Positions 1 through 12,056 are shown, numbered from the whole stretch's first letter. The stretch is DNA of 60,924 nt, filler included, from Sphacelaria rigidula (GCA_964200075.2; 10 parts of 10 records of this genome joined end to end with filler, not necessarily neighbours in it); one strand, 5' to 3'. Translations and numbers: made by a program. The notes: generated by a model not told the origin, from the letters alone.

Positions 1-74
1 AAAAAAGGAAAAAAAAAAACGGGCCCCCCCCCCCCCCCCCCCCCCCCTCATTCCCATCTCCTTATCGCGTGCAG

Positions 75-283
75 TCCGCACTTCGAGGGAGCGTTTCGGC
101 CGTTGCACGTGGGCGACACGTTCACTGCTCGCGCGGGATTGCTGTCGGTGGAATTCCGGGTAGAGGAAATCCGGGTTTCAAGAAGCGGGGCAGGCGGTGA
201 TGAGGATGGTGCGGAAGATGGGGAGGAAGGCGAGCAGGCGGATTTTTGCGTGGTGACGGATGACACCGTGGTGGATTGCGAAG
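75..283 (+). CDS. CDC48: Internal exon of a divergent CDC48/p97 (VCP) AAA-ATPase, N-domain second half
   Basis: CAG acceptor ends at 74 and GTGAGA donor starts at 284. Translation PHFEGAFRPLHVGDTFTARAGLLSVEFRVEEI...DFCVVTDDTVVDCE matches the CDC48 pattern PYFxxAYRPVxxGDxFxVRGGMRxVEFKVVET...YCIVAPDTxIxCEG. Phase-1 junction joins the 5560 exon in frame. Confidence 0.88.
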
Positions 284-889
284 GTGAGAAGGAGGAGGGG
301 AAGGTGAGGGGTACGGGATCTCTCTGTTTTTTTTTTTTGCGATATCTTTTCTCGTGTTTCAAGTTACTTACCGCTCTTAATCTTGATTCCTACTGTCACT
401 AGTATTGTTGTTGTTGCCGTTGTCGTTGTTAGCACCATGCACGATTGCGATTTTTGACGACACTGTATTTTTGTGAAACACTGCTCTGTCTTCTTACAGC
501 ATGCGCTATTTCTTGTGGCTCCATACACTTCTTCGCGGAGGCCTGCCGTGCACTCTGACCGGGGTTAGAAAACACCGACGGGTCGAACAAGTCGTCGCAC
601 TCAGAAAATATAAAACCTTCTTTCCTCCCACGTTCTATTCGCACGGGGTCTGAGAAACACGTTGAAGCAAATCGTTTGCGTAAAGGCTGTAGAAAAACAA
701 CCATTTCTTGTCCGAAAAAACATCGAATGTAGACCGTCAATTTTCCATCAACGGTTCCAAAAGGCTTAAAATGCTCGAAACATGCATAAAGTTGCGATAA
801 TTCTCTATGCGCATCCTGCCGCAAGTGCTCCTTGTGGCGCAAATCGTCACCAGACAGGCCGACAGGCATCAGCATTAACAATACTTCAC

Positions 890-1094
890 GATTCGGACGA
901 ACCATTGCCGGTTCGAATCACCAAATCCTCGATTTCTTGGGCCTGATTGAACAAAAGAGCGAGAAAAAAGTCGACCGCTGGTCAAACGGGTTTCCACGCA
1001 ACTTTTGTGCCATTCCACGTGCCTGGGCTTCGCGTACCTGGATTGCAACGCTGAAAACAAAGCGTAAAGATTGATTCGTACCGTACGAATCAAT
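890..1094 (+). repeat. Dispersed repeat family ending in a GATTCGTAC-C-GTACGAATC palindrome
   Basis: Homologous copies at ~23333-23610 (reverse), ~54923-55004 (reverse, partial) and ~56920-57092 (same orientation), on different contigs. Confidence 0.7.
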
Positions 1095-2137
1095 TACATT
1101 AAAAAATCAAGTAATTTCAGAACGAATGATGAATTCGTCCGACCCTTGCAATACTTCGAACTTCGGTGGTCGTGTTTCTTTGTTCCTATTTTGTTGCGGG
1201 TCTGATCAGAAAAGCGTTCGACTTTATATTCGATATGCGTGTTACTTACTCTGCTGTTTTTGAAAACGTGATTTAGAATTGTACACTCGTACAGCGTACG
1301 ACCGTAGTATAGCAGTGAGAAGTGATGATAAGTGATGGCAGTGGTGGAGGAGTCAACAGTGCAGGTACTATGGCACAGCCGCAAGAGATCGAGGTAGCTG
1401 AAGTGCGGACCTCGTAGCCTCTGCTGCGCGATATGGAGAAAAAAATCTGAAAAGAAATGTCAATGAAGGATTTTTTTTTCATTTGTCAGTTGAAAGTAAA
1501 CATAAAAACCCAACTTGTCTTGTCCTCACGCTAGAAGGCACTCCTCGGGAGGGGATACTGCCACAACGCCACAACAAGGACGCGAGTAAGGCGCATAAAG
1601 CGTGCGCCTAAATTGCGCTGAAATATCTTAAAATGGGGCTTGGAGAACAAAACAAAACGTGATGAAAAAAAAGAGGAAAAAGTGCGCATACAGAACTAAA
1701 GCCTACACATATACTTCGTGTTTATACATTATTTTCTAGTGTGGACAACGACCTGGCTACTTTTTTCTTCTTTTTTCTACACTTCACGTACAGTCGAGCC
1801 AAGCTTCGCTACAGACAAAAGAAAAAAGAGACGTGGACAAACGACTAACCGGGTGATTGACAGCCAGAGGTTTGCCCTGCAACGGTGAACGAGCTATTAA
1901 TAGGCGGCGGTAACCTTTCCGGGCGTGAACATTTTTGGATGAATTTCATACATCTCTCCACATTGTGCCTGACTTGGGCAGGTGATGTGCGGCTTTATAG
2001 CAGCCCAAAATGTCGGCTGTACCCTACCCGACCTACCCTTACACGCGTCCACTTCCCGACACACCTCATCACGATGCTCAACCTTATGCTGACTGGAACT
2101 ATCGNNNNNNNNNNTGCACCCACCCCAAATAGCCGCC

Positions 2138-2183
<46 letters not shown>

Positions 2184-3218
2184 TTCTCGAGATATGCCCG
2201 TGGTCTCCAGGGATCAGGCCGTCACTCCCCGGGTGTGTACGGCCTTGACTTCTGGGTAAAGCGGAGTGGGGCCATCACTTCCGCTCTACCGTGTCCGTCG
2301 ACTCTCGTCATTTGCAGATTTTTTGCTGCTCGCATGCTCACTTTTTGAATGTCGGAAAGCAGATACTCCTCGGGGAAAATAACGAAAAAAAATGTATTGG
2401 GCGAAGTTTGAACCCCCGACTCCGACCAGGTCGGTTTTGAGATGCACCACTCTAGGTAATCCACCGAGGCGCGGCGGCACAAAATGTCCACGAGTAATGG
2501 TTGGACAATTTATGTGTTTTTCCTGAGAACTCAACAGGAAAAATCTCTAGGTTGCTGGCAGGCCAGCATTTTCAATATCTCGAGCCCTGACAGGTCATCA
2601 CTTCGTCTTCACTTGATCTTGGAGTGCGTTCTGTTTTGTGTCCATGTCTCCGAGCGCAGGCAGAGGCCACACTTCGCTTGACGTCGGGGTTGCCTTCTGT
2701 TTGGGTTGAGGGTACATTTGCTTTTCCGCGCTGTGTGTGTTCCATGGCGTTACGATATGTCCCGTTCGATGCGTTGTGCGCGTCTGCCTGTCAGCTGGTC
2801 TCTGTTCATCCGGAAACTAAGGACGCAGCTTGTGGCTACCGATTGTAGCCGCAGCGATTCGTCTTGCTGTCACACGCAACTGGGTCTCGGGGTTGGCCAT
2901 GACCGTTTTGACCCGTTGAACGCCAAAGGTGTCCATTCATGGGATCGGCATTACTATCAGTTATTTTTCAAGGGAAAAAATGATGCCGACTCCACAAATG
3001 CACAGCTCCGGCGGCCAGAAGGTTAATGATCTCGTCTCGGACTATACTCCGTTTTTCCTCACGGCATTATAGACACCCCTGGGGAGACGCTGTCCCATCC
3101 CCTCCCTACGTACGTGCGCGGGTAATGATGCACCGTTGGAGCCCGTGGCATACGATTGGCGAAGCCCCTGATCACGCGGGAGGCGTCGTGCGAATGTACT
3201 CACCTTTATAACCCCTGC

Positions 3219-3348
3219 CAATGGTCTAATGACTATGGCATGCATGATCATGACTACACTCTCCCTCGCCCATCCTCCGTCTCGAAAGGGATGCGTGGTC
3301 AATGGTCAAGCGACTAAGGCAAGCAACAAATGAGTACGCCCCCCCCCC
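3219..3348 (+). repeat. High-copy dispersed repeat (CAATGGTC..GACT..GGCA.GCA..ATGAGTAC + C-run units)
   Basis: Further copies at ~5820-5872, 17200-17260, 17470-17530 (rev), 24253-24296 (rev), 33518-33585, 36468-36516, 39075-39098, 51651-51668 and 54712-54822 (rev). Confidence 0.85.
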
Positions 3349-4607
3349 TCGCCCGTCCTCCCCGCGGATGAAATGAACACATCCCGTTCCGGAACGATCT
3401 GAGCGGGGGGGTAGTATTCGATGTGTGAGCCGTTTGCGGCCGGACAAGGGACAGCAACACGTGACTGGTCCCAACAGAAAAGTCACAGCCTGCTCCAAGT
3501 AGGGATACCTTCCGTTTTTTGTAACGGGACTATATAGACACTCCATGGAAGATCTTGTTCCACCCTCTCCCTAGGTACGTGCTGGGATCATGATCGAACG
3601 TCAGGGCTTGCAAAATACGAATGTCGATGCCCTTCAACACGCGAGTTGTAACCAGAGCGTATGCATCTTACTTGCTGATTCGACCCCACCCTCCTCGACG
3701 ATGATATGAGCATATCTACTCCCCAAACACCCTTACCTAGGGGGTGTTATTTGACGTATTGGGCGTTTGCGGTCGGACTACATGATGGCTTCTGAATGCA
3801 TGAGAGGTATGTCGAAAGCACCGACAGCCTCACTATGTACCCCTACGTCGTTGAGGAGCATCAACGTTCGCTCATAACGTGACAAAGCGGTAGATACCAC
3901 CCTCGGGGATGATGGCTGCTTTCAAATCCCTGAAACGATCTTGGTACGGACCTCCACTTGGAGCATCAACACGTTTAACCTTTTGACCTCGAGTATAGGT
4001 CATATGTTGAATCAGCATCGGTTCCACATGGAAAAGGGATGACCAGATCGTGCACTGTGTCGGCCAACGGATTAAGATAATATCTATGTAGTCGTACGCG
4101 CCACTGCGCTAAATTTTCTACTCTTGATGTCTCGAATATACTGGACCAGCCGAAACAAAAGAGGGGCAGCATGAGCCCGCAAGTAGGTCTAGATCCAACT
4201 GAATTGGTCACGACCCGTCGGATCAAGCGCTGAAACTTCACTAGGCATTGGCGAAGTCTGACCTGACCCAATATGGGCAAACGTGATGTCCGGCCCTACT
4301 AATTCGAGAGCGTAGATGCAGTTTCCAGGTTGCCTTTTTTGGTAACGTGTCTTGAATACCCCCCGAATGTTTGACGTCGGATGTAAATCGATCATTATCA
4401 GTAACAGAAGCTGTGAATCCCTCGTCTTGTTTTGTCTAATTTACTGTTTTCTTTTCCTTTCTTTTTTTTTCGGTTCCTTTTTCTTTGTTCTAGACTGGCC
4501 ATGTCTTTCTGTGCTCATCTTTTCTTCACCTTTTGTTCATTTTTTTTTCACGTCTTAGTCTACCGCGTCGTTCTGTTCGACTTTTTCTGTGCCTTCTTTT
4601 TCTCCAG

Positions 4608-4715
4608 CGAGTGTTTCAGTTTCGTTTTGTCTTGGGTACGTCTATCATGTGACCACGGCTGGATCATGACCCCTGGGGGGTCGGTTGAAGCGTGATACTT
4701 AATCAATCATCAAAT
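4608..4715 (+). mobile_element. 3' end of a non-LTR retroelement (LINE/SINE) with an (ATCA)n tail
   Basis: ...GTGACCACGGCTGGATCATGACCCCTGGGGG...AATCAATCA, preceded by pyrimidine-rich sequence. Copies at ~5050-5290 (reverse), ~29021-29062 (partial) and ~53441-53550, all ending at the same simple-repeat tail. Confidence 0.6.
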
Positions 4716-5507
4716 CGAAGAAGGGCTAATCTCGCAAAAGATACACCGGGTTCGGCGTCTCCCCCACCAATTTCTCAATCGGAATATAGTATAGAACTGG
4801 CCCGGCGGGAGTTGGCCTGGATTATCGCGAAAGTGCACAAGGGAAGATGTACAGAAGAACAAAATTAGAGTACTGCAAACAGTTACCGGTACATTACTCC
4901 GTAGTAGTACATCACCACTATATCGGCAGCGTCCGTGTCATTCTCCACTATAGTGCAAAGGTCTAGCGGATGGTCTAGCAGCTTCCCTTCCCGTTTCACC
5001 CTACCCTCCTATCGAGGAACGGCTCAGTATTACACTTTGGTCGGTCGATCGATTGATTGATTTTCGCACTTTAATGGACACCACCACCCCCCAACCCCCC
5101 CCACCGCGACCCAGAAGCGGACCGCCCCCCCGCCCAAACACACGCCAGAAAAAAGAAANNNNNNNNNNCCCCCCCTCGCGGAGGGGCGCTGTTTTTCCCT
5201 GTTGGCGGGCTTCTTGGTGGTTTTTTTTTGCACTTTATTGGCCCCCCCCCCCCCCCCCCCCCCCCCCAGGAGTCATGATCTAGTCGTTGTCATTATCCAA
5301 AAGATGGACGTATCCGAGACGAATCAAAACTGAAACACTCGCTGAAGAAAAGGAGAAAAAGCAGGGAAGGTAGAATAGACCAACAGAGCAAACTAAGAAA
5401 AGAAGAGAATGAAAAAAGAAGGCGACAGGAGAGAAAGATAAGAAAAAACAGAAACGGCCGATCTCTGCCTTGTGTGATCGGATATCCGTGTTTCGTAAGC
5501 GTGTTGA

Positions 5508-5756
<249 letters not shown>

Positions 5757-6003
5757 TGAAATGTGTCTAGCAGCGAGAACTTCGCGCGCGTTCATGCCCC
5801 CCCCCCCTCCCAATCCCGTCAATGGTCTGATGACTATGGCAAGCATGATCATGAGTACCCCCCCCCCCCCCCTCCCCTCCTCAGCAGCTATGGTTAGACA
5901 ACCATGAGGCAGTGTTAAAGCTGTGGCTGTCTCTGGAAGTGGCGATACCACAGAGCAAAGCAACTCATTGTTGTCTGTCATCCAAATGCAAGCTGATCAG
6001 TAG

Positions 6004-6103
6004 NNNNNNNNNNNNNNNNNNNNNNNNNNNNNNNNNNNNNNNNNNNNTTAATTAATTAANNNNNNNNNNNNNNNNNNNNNNNNNNNNNNNNNNNNNNNNN
6101 NNN
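6004..6103. other. Artificial contig spacer (44 N + TTAATTAATTAA + 44 N), first of nine
   Basis: Identical 100-bp spacers at 6004, 12107, 18210, 24313, 30415, 36517, 42619, 48721 and 54823. The 12-mer puts stop codons in all six frames. Contigs between them are 6003 bp (first four) then 6002 bp. Confidence 0.98.
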
Positions 6104-8880
6104 AGGCCAGTGGATTCTTGAGAAGTCCCTCACTGAATAGCCCTCTTGTCCAGATCGTCTGGCAGAGGCTATAGGCAACAACCGTGTTAAATGTCCCAAA
6201 CGTGGGGAGTAAGATCTCCAAACAATCGAAATCGTGAGAAACAGTCAAAGGCCGGTTCTTACGACGAGCAAAATATATTTTGTGGAAAGCGGCATTTTGA
6301 GCACTTTTGCGTCGTTTTACCTTTAAGAATGAGGATACCTTGCAGTAAAAATACTTTGATACCTCAGGATACCTTGCAGTAAACAGTCGAGTCGATTTTT
6401 TGGGTTGAACACTAGAATGGAGTTCAAGCGACACATCATTTTTGCAGGAATGGCGCGAAGCAGTTACACCAAGGGAATCCATCTTCCCCCCCCCTCCAAA
6501 TCTGCTGCAGTGAAGCAGTTGTGGCTAGGTGCACCGAACGAATGCAATGTACACGCGTGTCGATGACGATACCACCGGAGGAATAACGACAGAGAGGAAG
6601 CCCCTCGCTCGTATCTTTTGTGTGTCTTCGCTCGGCGATTCCCGATCTCTCGAGAGACTGGCATCATGGATGTTACTAACATGTACCCATTTTTCCATAT
6701 GCCGGTAGGCAGGTTATTGCTGCACAGCCCCCCATAGAACATCGAGGTACCGCGGTGTCGTCTTTCTGTGGAGCTTACTGATGCAAAGATCGATACCTTT
6801 CCGCCTCGGTTCTTGGACAGGACGCGCCTCTTGTTACGATGTCCTGCCCACTAGTGTAACGCAGGTCGCAGGTTATAGGTGATGCGTCGATGTCGGCACG
6901 GTCCACGAGGCATGGCTTGCAGCTCAAGCCCGGCTATGGGCAGTTCTACGGTAGAAAAGGCGTATAGTACAAGGAGTGGGTGAGTATGCATGTCTAGAGA
7001 AACAACCAATCATGCAATAGCGTTTGTTTTGCATACATGTACAGAACATTGCGATTCACTTACACTTAACGAATACAACGACAGTGGCTATATTTCAGCA
7101 TCTTGAATTCATTCATTACACTATCAACACCTTCCGACATGGAATCAATCTGCTAATAAACGCAGCACGATTAAGATTAACATGGGAACAACAAAAAGTG
7201 AACTACGACCGAATTACTCGCCGTCAATCTTTCCATAATCCACGGTGGAGTCCTACTTTCGCCTAGTATTACCTGTAACGTTCCTCTCATTTTCGTGGAA
7301 AAGCCTGCACAGAAACCGTGTGAACAGGCTTCCCACAAATGCCACCGGCACATGCCGTGCGTCGCACACTCCACAAATGTACACGGCAACATTCTATCTC
7401 TGCTACATGAAACGGGAATGACAAAAATCCGATACAAGTATCTACATATTATCGGCTGATTCCTCCCTGCTCGAATCTCTCTAGTTTATACCACAGCATC
7501 ATATGCTTGGTCAGGTTACGAGATCATTCAGCTGTTCCTTCCAGCTCTGATGAAAAACTCGAAACAATGATCGAGAGTATAACACTGAGATCAATCATAA
7601 CTACCACAGTACACAGTCCTCTCGTTTGAAGGATCCTTCATCAACTTTCAAGTCCAAATTTCTGGGCATAGGGAAACCACCTCCTCATATTTTAGCACAT
7701 CTGGGAGGAATTATTTCATGCAATAGTGAGAACATCTGTCGCCGAACCAGCTGCACCCACGATCAGTTTACACGGCATGCAGCTTCATGTGGATACTTCG
7801 TGACTAAAAACGACCAATTTACCATCAGGTTGTGCATGTTGCATGCATGCCCCCTTCTGTGCCACCAACGCTTAAAAATGGCAGTACAGTATTGCACTCC
7901 ACTAGACCCTGGTTCGAACTTATCTTATCTTTCAGCGTACGAACAGCGTAGTCAATACTCTAACGAGTATTGTTGACAAACATGCCCATCCACAAATGAC
8001 AGCATCAAACGATTACTTCACTCAAGCGTTCCACTCAAGCTTGGACGTTTCTGGCACAGTTCAACCCTTTTTTGAATTCAGAGTGTAGACTGAACTCATG
8101 TTGAACATTGCTTTGTCTGACCTACCCTCTCATGATAGTCTGACACTTCATTATCCTCTCACTCGAGCGTGGATGTTTCTCTGATCAAGCCTCGAGTGAC
8201 AGCATCCCACCTCACTCTTCACAGGCATCATCTATCATCGCTCAATACACACGTCCCAGGGACATTTTCAATGCCCCCTCACGCTGACTACGTGTTGTTT
8301 TGTGAACTCCCCCGTTTTGGATTCTTCTCTTTCTGTGCGAACAATATCACAACGCACTACTGGGACTACATGAAAACAATCCCATCGTTTTGACACCATG
8401 CGATGATTGAGGTCTCGCCTTCGTCAGACCACTGATCAGCAGTCCCTGTGCATACCAGGCCAAGTCCCATCAGCCCCCCCAACCGTGTGTCCATCGCTCT
8501 TTTCGTTTCCTCATCCGAGGTAATTCGTGCATCTCCATGTCCCTCTAAAACCTCAACCCAAACATGAGTGGGTTTCCTTAGCCATCAATCGCGCCTTCGA
8601 CTTCCAGACATTGTCCTTGCCAACGATCCGTTCGCCCAGAATATGTCACCTCTAACAGAGGTCACCCCTAGCTCCCAACTCAGACACGGGCAAGCCTTCA
8701 TAACAACCGAACATCGGAGGAGTTGCACTTGTAATAGCGATACGGTGCAGCTAAAACGTGATTAGCAGGCAAACTTCCTCGTCTTCGCCGCATCTGCCTC
8801 CACTTTTTACGCCCCCGCAATCTCTTACAGTTGACTATAACGAGACACGATGGTGCGCACCAACTCTGCACGAGTGAAAG

Positions 8881-9579
8881 GTGTTGGAATATTCAATGTC
8901 AGTCATTGGTAACGACTACTATCTATTGTAGGTTATCGTAAACAAGTAAGAAATCATTTGAGTGTTCCAGAAATAGTATGCGGTATAATTTGCGGTACCT
9001 TGTGTTTCCAGAACAAGTTGTCGGGGGATTAATCGGAGTCATCCTACGATAGGGGGGGGGGGTATTTTGGGTCATTTGTTGCTCGGAAGTTCGAGTACTA
9101 TAGTCGTTGAAAGCAGCAACGGTTGTTCGAACAAGCTTGTTGTGGATCAATAACGCTCATCCTGACACCGTTTGGAACCAAATACAAGCGCAACGCAAGT
9201 GTGGAAGGATGTCTGACACGCTTATGAGCCTCTGTTTTCGTGCAACCGAATACCCCCCACCCTATCGTAGGATGACTCATCGGGAGTTATCGGTTGTAAT
9301 ATCCCGCGAGTGGTCTAGACCTGTGGAAGTGCTGAAAGTTCATTATTAGCTGATCAATAGGCTCGCACACTTGGTGCTCGACCACCTGATCACTCCTCTA
9401 CTATTTCTCTTCTCATACTCTTCTCTGCCATGCGTTAGAGTCTTCGGCCACATAAGCGCCAAGTTCAACATCTACATTCTCAAGTCAAGTGACTTTACCG
9501 TCACTCTCTGCTCCTCGCATAAACTGCAAAAGACAGTTGCCACATCGGCACACCATCAAGAGTGAAGTCACATTCCTTC
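8881..9579 (+). mobile_element. Probable solo LTR inserted in the copia gag frame
   Basis: Flanked by a GAAAG 5-bp direct repeat (8876-8880 and 9580-9584). Ends are TGTTGGAAT...ATTCCTTC (imperfect inverted termini). Removing it rejoins the minus-strand frame as GYDRTF-TRAELVRTIVSRYSQL. Confidence 0.6.
9036..9278. mobile_element. MITE with ~30-bp TIRs, GAG...CTC ends and 4-bp TSD (Sola-like)
   Basis: TIR GAGTCATCCTACGATAGGGGGGGGGGTATT / AATACCCCCCACCCTATCGTAGGATGACTC, flanked by ATCG on both sides. A second copy begins at 42553 and runs off the contig end. Confidence 0.85.
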
Positions 9580-10498
9580 GAAAGTACGGTCGTACCCCAT
9601 CGTGCGGATTACGAAACCGTGATCGGAATTAGATACCACGGCCGCGATAACACGGACGTTGAATGTTTCCTGGCTGGAAGCATGGCTCGGAGACAATACC
9701 CGAGTCTTGGCCTGAATGGTCTCATTGTCGGCAATTAGCTCGATTGGGTCCTCACTCGTGCAGAGGGATCTGCTGTTGTACTTCTTCATCAGTTGGTTTA
9801 CTGCTTGGATAATCTGAGGTTCGAACCACTTTCGCAGTTTTTTCCTGGCTACACTCTGTCTACCTGCTGTAAGTATGACGTTCTTTATGGGTGGTGTCGC
9901 GACGTTGCAGAACAGTACCGCGAGTACTTCCTGAGCAAAATTAATTTCGACAATGCTGAACGTTCTCGTGAGACGCGGCATGTCGAGCGGCTCGACTGTG
10001 ATATCATCACCTCTCAGCAGTGCAGACCTGCGCCCCCTGTTCTTGCTCAGCAGGTGTAGAATCTCCCTTGCCCAATTGCTGTACTCTTCGACAGCAACGC
10101 TGAACATCGGGTACCTTATGCGGTGTGCGCTCCGTCCTGAAGTCAAAGCTTCACTATCCCTGCTACTGCGTCAATGTCGGCACGGCGCACGAAGCATGGC
10201 TCGCGGATCAAGCCCGACCATGAACGGCTGAGCCGTAGAAAAGACGTTAAGTACAAGGAGTGAATCAACATGCATGTTTTCAGAAGCAATCAGTCATGCA
10301 AAAACTATTCTTCTCCACCCATGTACAGAACATTCTTAAAATCCACTTACACTTAACGAATGCAACGACAGTGGCTATATTTTAGCATCTTGCATTAATT
10401 TACCGAACTATCAACACCTCCGTGCGCTGCAGAAGACGTCGTTGATGAACAGGGTGATGTTCCCGTCACCGCTACTGTTCCCTCACACACATGCCAGC

Positions 10499-12056
10499 AA
10501 GGACGGTGCTGCGGCAATAACGGATCCAATCACGACTCGGTGGGTGTTATTCATCGTTGATTTCACGCGACATGTGTACTCGCACCTGTGCGTGCGCGAC
10601 GACGAGGGCGTGCTATACGCCAGTTGGGGGGGTGTATGAGAGATCAAACACATGTGGAGACCTTTTTGTCATGCCGAGCGAAAAACGAGACTAATCGTGT
10701 TGACCTAACTGTTGCTGACGTGGCGCACGTGGGTGCCTCTATGCTGCAATCTTGAACACTGACCCACCCGCTGCGTGTGTCGGGGTGGCGTTCGACAACT
10801 TCCAAGTGAGTGAGGAGGTCATTCGCTACAAGCTGGGGCGAGATATGTTTCACGAGGAACAAGAGTGCTCTATGCTGAACTGCTTGTTATTTGCATGTGA
10901 GACTCACGCCATCAGCCGCCGAACGCAAAGGTCTTTTGGCTTTCAACCAACGCTGGCGGCGATACGCCAGACAAACCGGTCAAAGCTAACTCTCGTTGAT
11001 CTACTGTTTGTACTGGCTGTCGCGGCGTCTGTACAATCATCTCGTAACGAGATCGAAATCGACAAGGGCTGTGAACGTTCAAGAGTTCCATTTTTCCAAC
11101 TCAACTTACACAATGTAAGGAACTCTCAAGGGCTGCGGGAAAGTGGCCACTTTGGGTTCGGCCACACGTGCGAAGATACTGTCGGACAGCAATACCAAAC
11201 TATGCCGGGATTGGCAATAATCAACCAGTATAGAACCGAAGTGAAATGATCAGCTTCATTGTCTGAACAGAAGCCTACGCACTTGAAACGGTGTGCACGT
11301 GGGAAAACGCGATGTTCATCGAGAGAAACTCTCTGGGACCCCGTCAATGTTACATGAACTGGCAAACCTCTATCGTCGTGTCTTGAATCTTTGGCGGGGG
11401 GGCAGGGAAACCACTCCCCGCAGCTGTTGAGAGCCTTTTACATTGTGTAAGTTGAGTTGGAGAAATGGAACTCTTGAACGTTCACAACCCTTGTCGATTT
11501 CGATCTCGTTACGAGGTGATTGTACAGACGCCGCGACAGCCAGTACAAACAGTAGATCAACGAGAGCTAGCTTTGACCGGTTTGTCTGGCGTACTGCCGC
11601 CAGCGTTGGTTGAAAGCCAAAAGACCTTTGCGTTCGGCGGTTGATGGTGTGGGTCTCACATGCAACGACAAGTAGTTGATCCTAGAGCACTCTTGTTCCT
11701 CGTGTAACATATCTCGCCCCAGCTTGTAACGAATGACCTCCTCACTCACTTGGAAGTTGTCGAACGCCACCCCGACACACGCAGCGGGTGGGTCGGTGTT
11801 CAAGATCGCAGCATAGAGGCACCCCCGTGCGCCACGTCAGCAACAGTTAGGTCAACACGATTAGTCTCGTTTTTTGCTCGGCATGACAAAAAGGTCTCCA
11901 CATGTGTTTGATCTCTCATACACCCCCCCAACTGGCGTATAGCACGCCCTCGTCGTCGCGCACGCACAGGTGCGAGTGCACATGTCGCGTGAAATCAACG
12001 ATGAATAACACCCACCGAGTCGTGATTGGATCCGTGATTGCCGCAGCACCGTCCTT
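10499..12056. repeat. Long inverted duplication (~650-bp arms, 264-bp spacer) of a probable decayed PIF/Harbinger transposase fragment
   Basis: 10499-11146 is a close reverse complement of 11411-12056; the ORF track shows MNTDPPAACVGVAFDNFQVSEEVIRYKLGRDM on both strands. Fragments in order (FPHTHASKDG, CVRDDEGVLYAS, INYLS..AERKGLLAFNQRWR, VLAVAA/LYNH) resemble DDE_Tnp_4 motifs. The inverted repeat is certain, the transposase call is tentative. Confidence 0.8.

Larger units (their letters stand above)
6104..10416 (-). mobile_element. Decayed Ty1/copia-like LTR retrotransposon(s), apparently two units in tandem
   Basis: Diverged ~250-bp direct repeats at 6883-7129 and 10167-10416 start TGTTGATAG on the minus strand after a purine run (GGAAGG/GGAGG). 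Each is followed by related gag-like coding sequence (shared SKNRG). Gag-like ORF 10146-9568 (EDPIELIAD) continues at 8875 as TRAELVRTIVSRY. Weak integrase-like fragments lie near 7900-8100. Confidence 0.55.
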
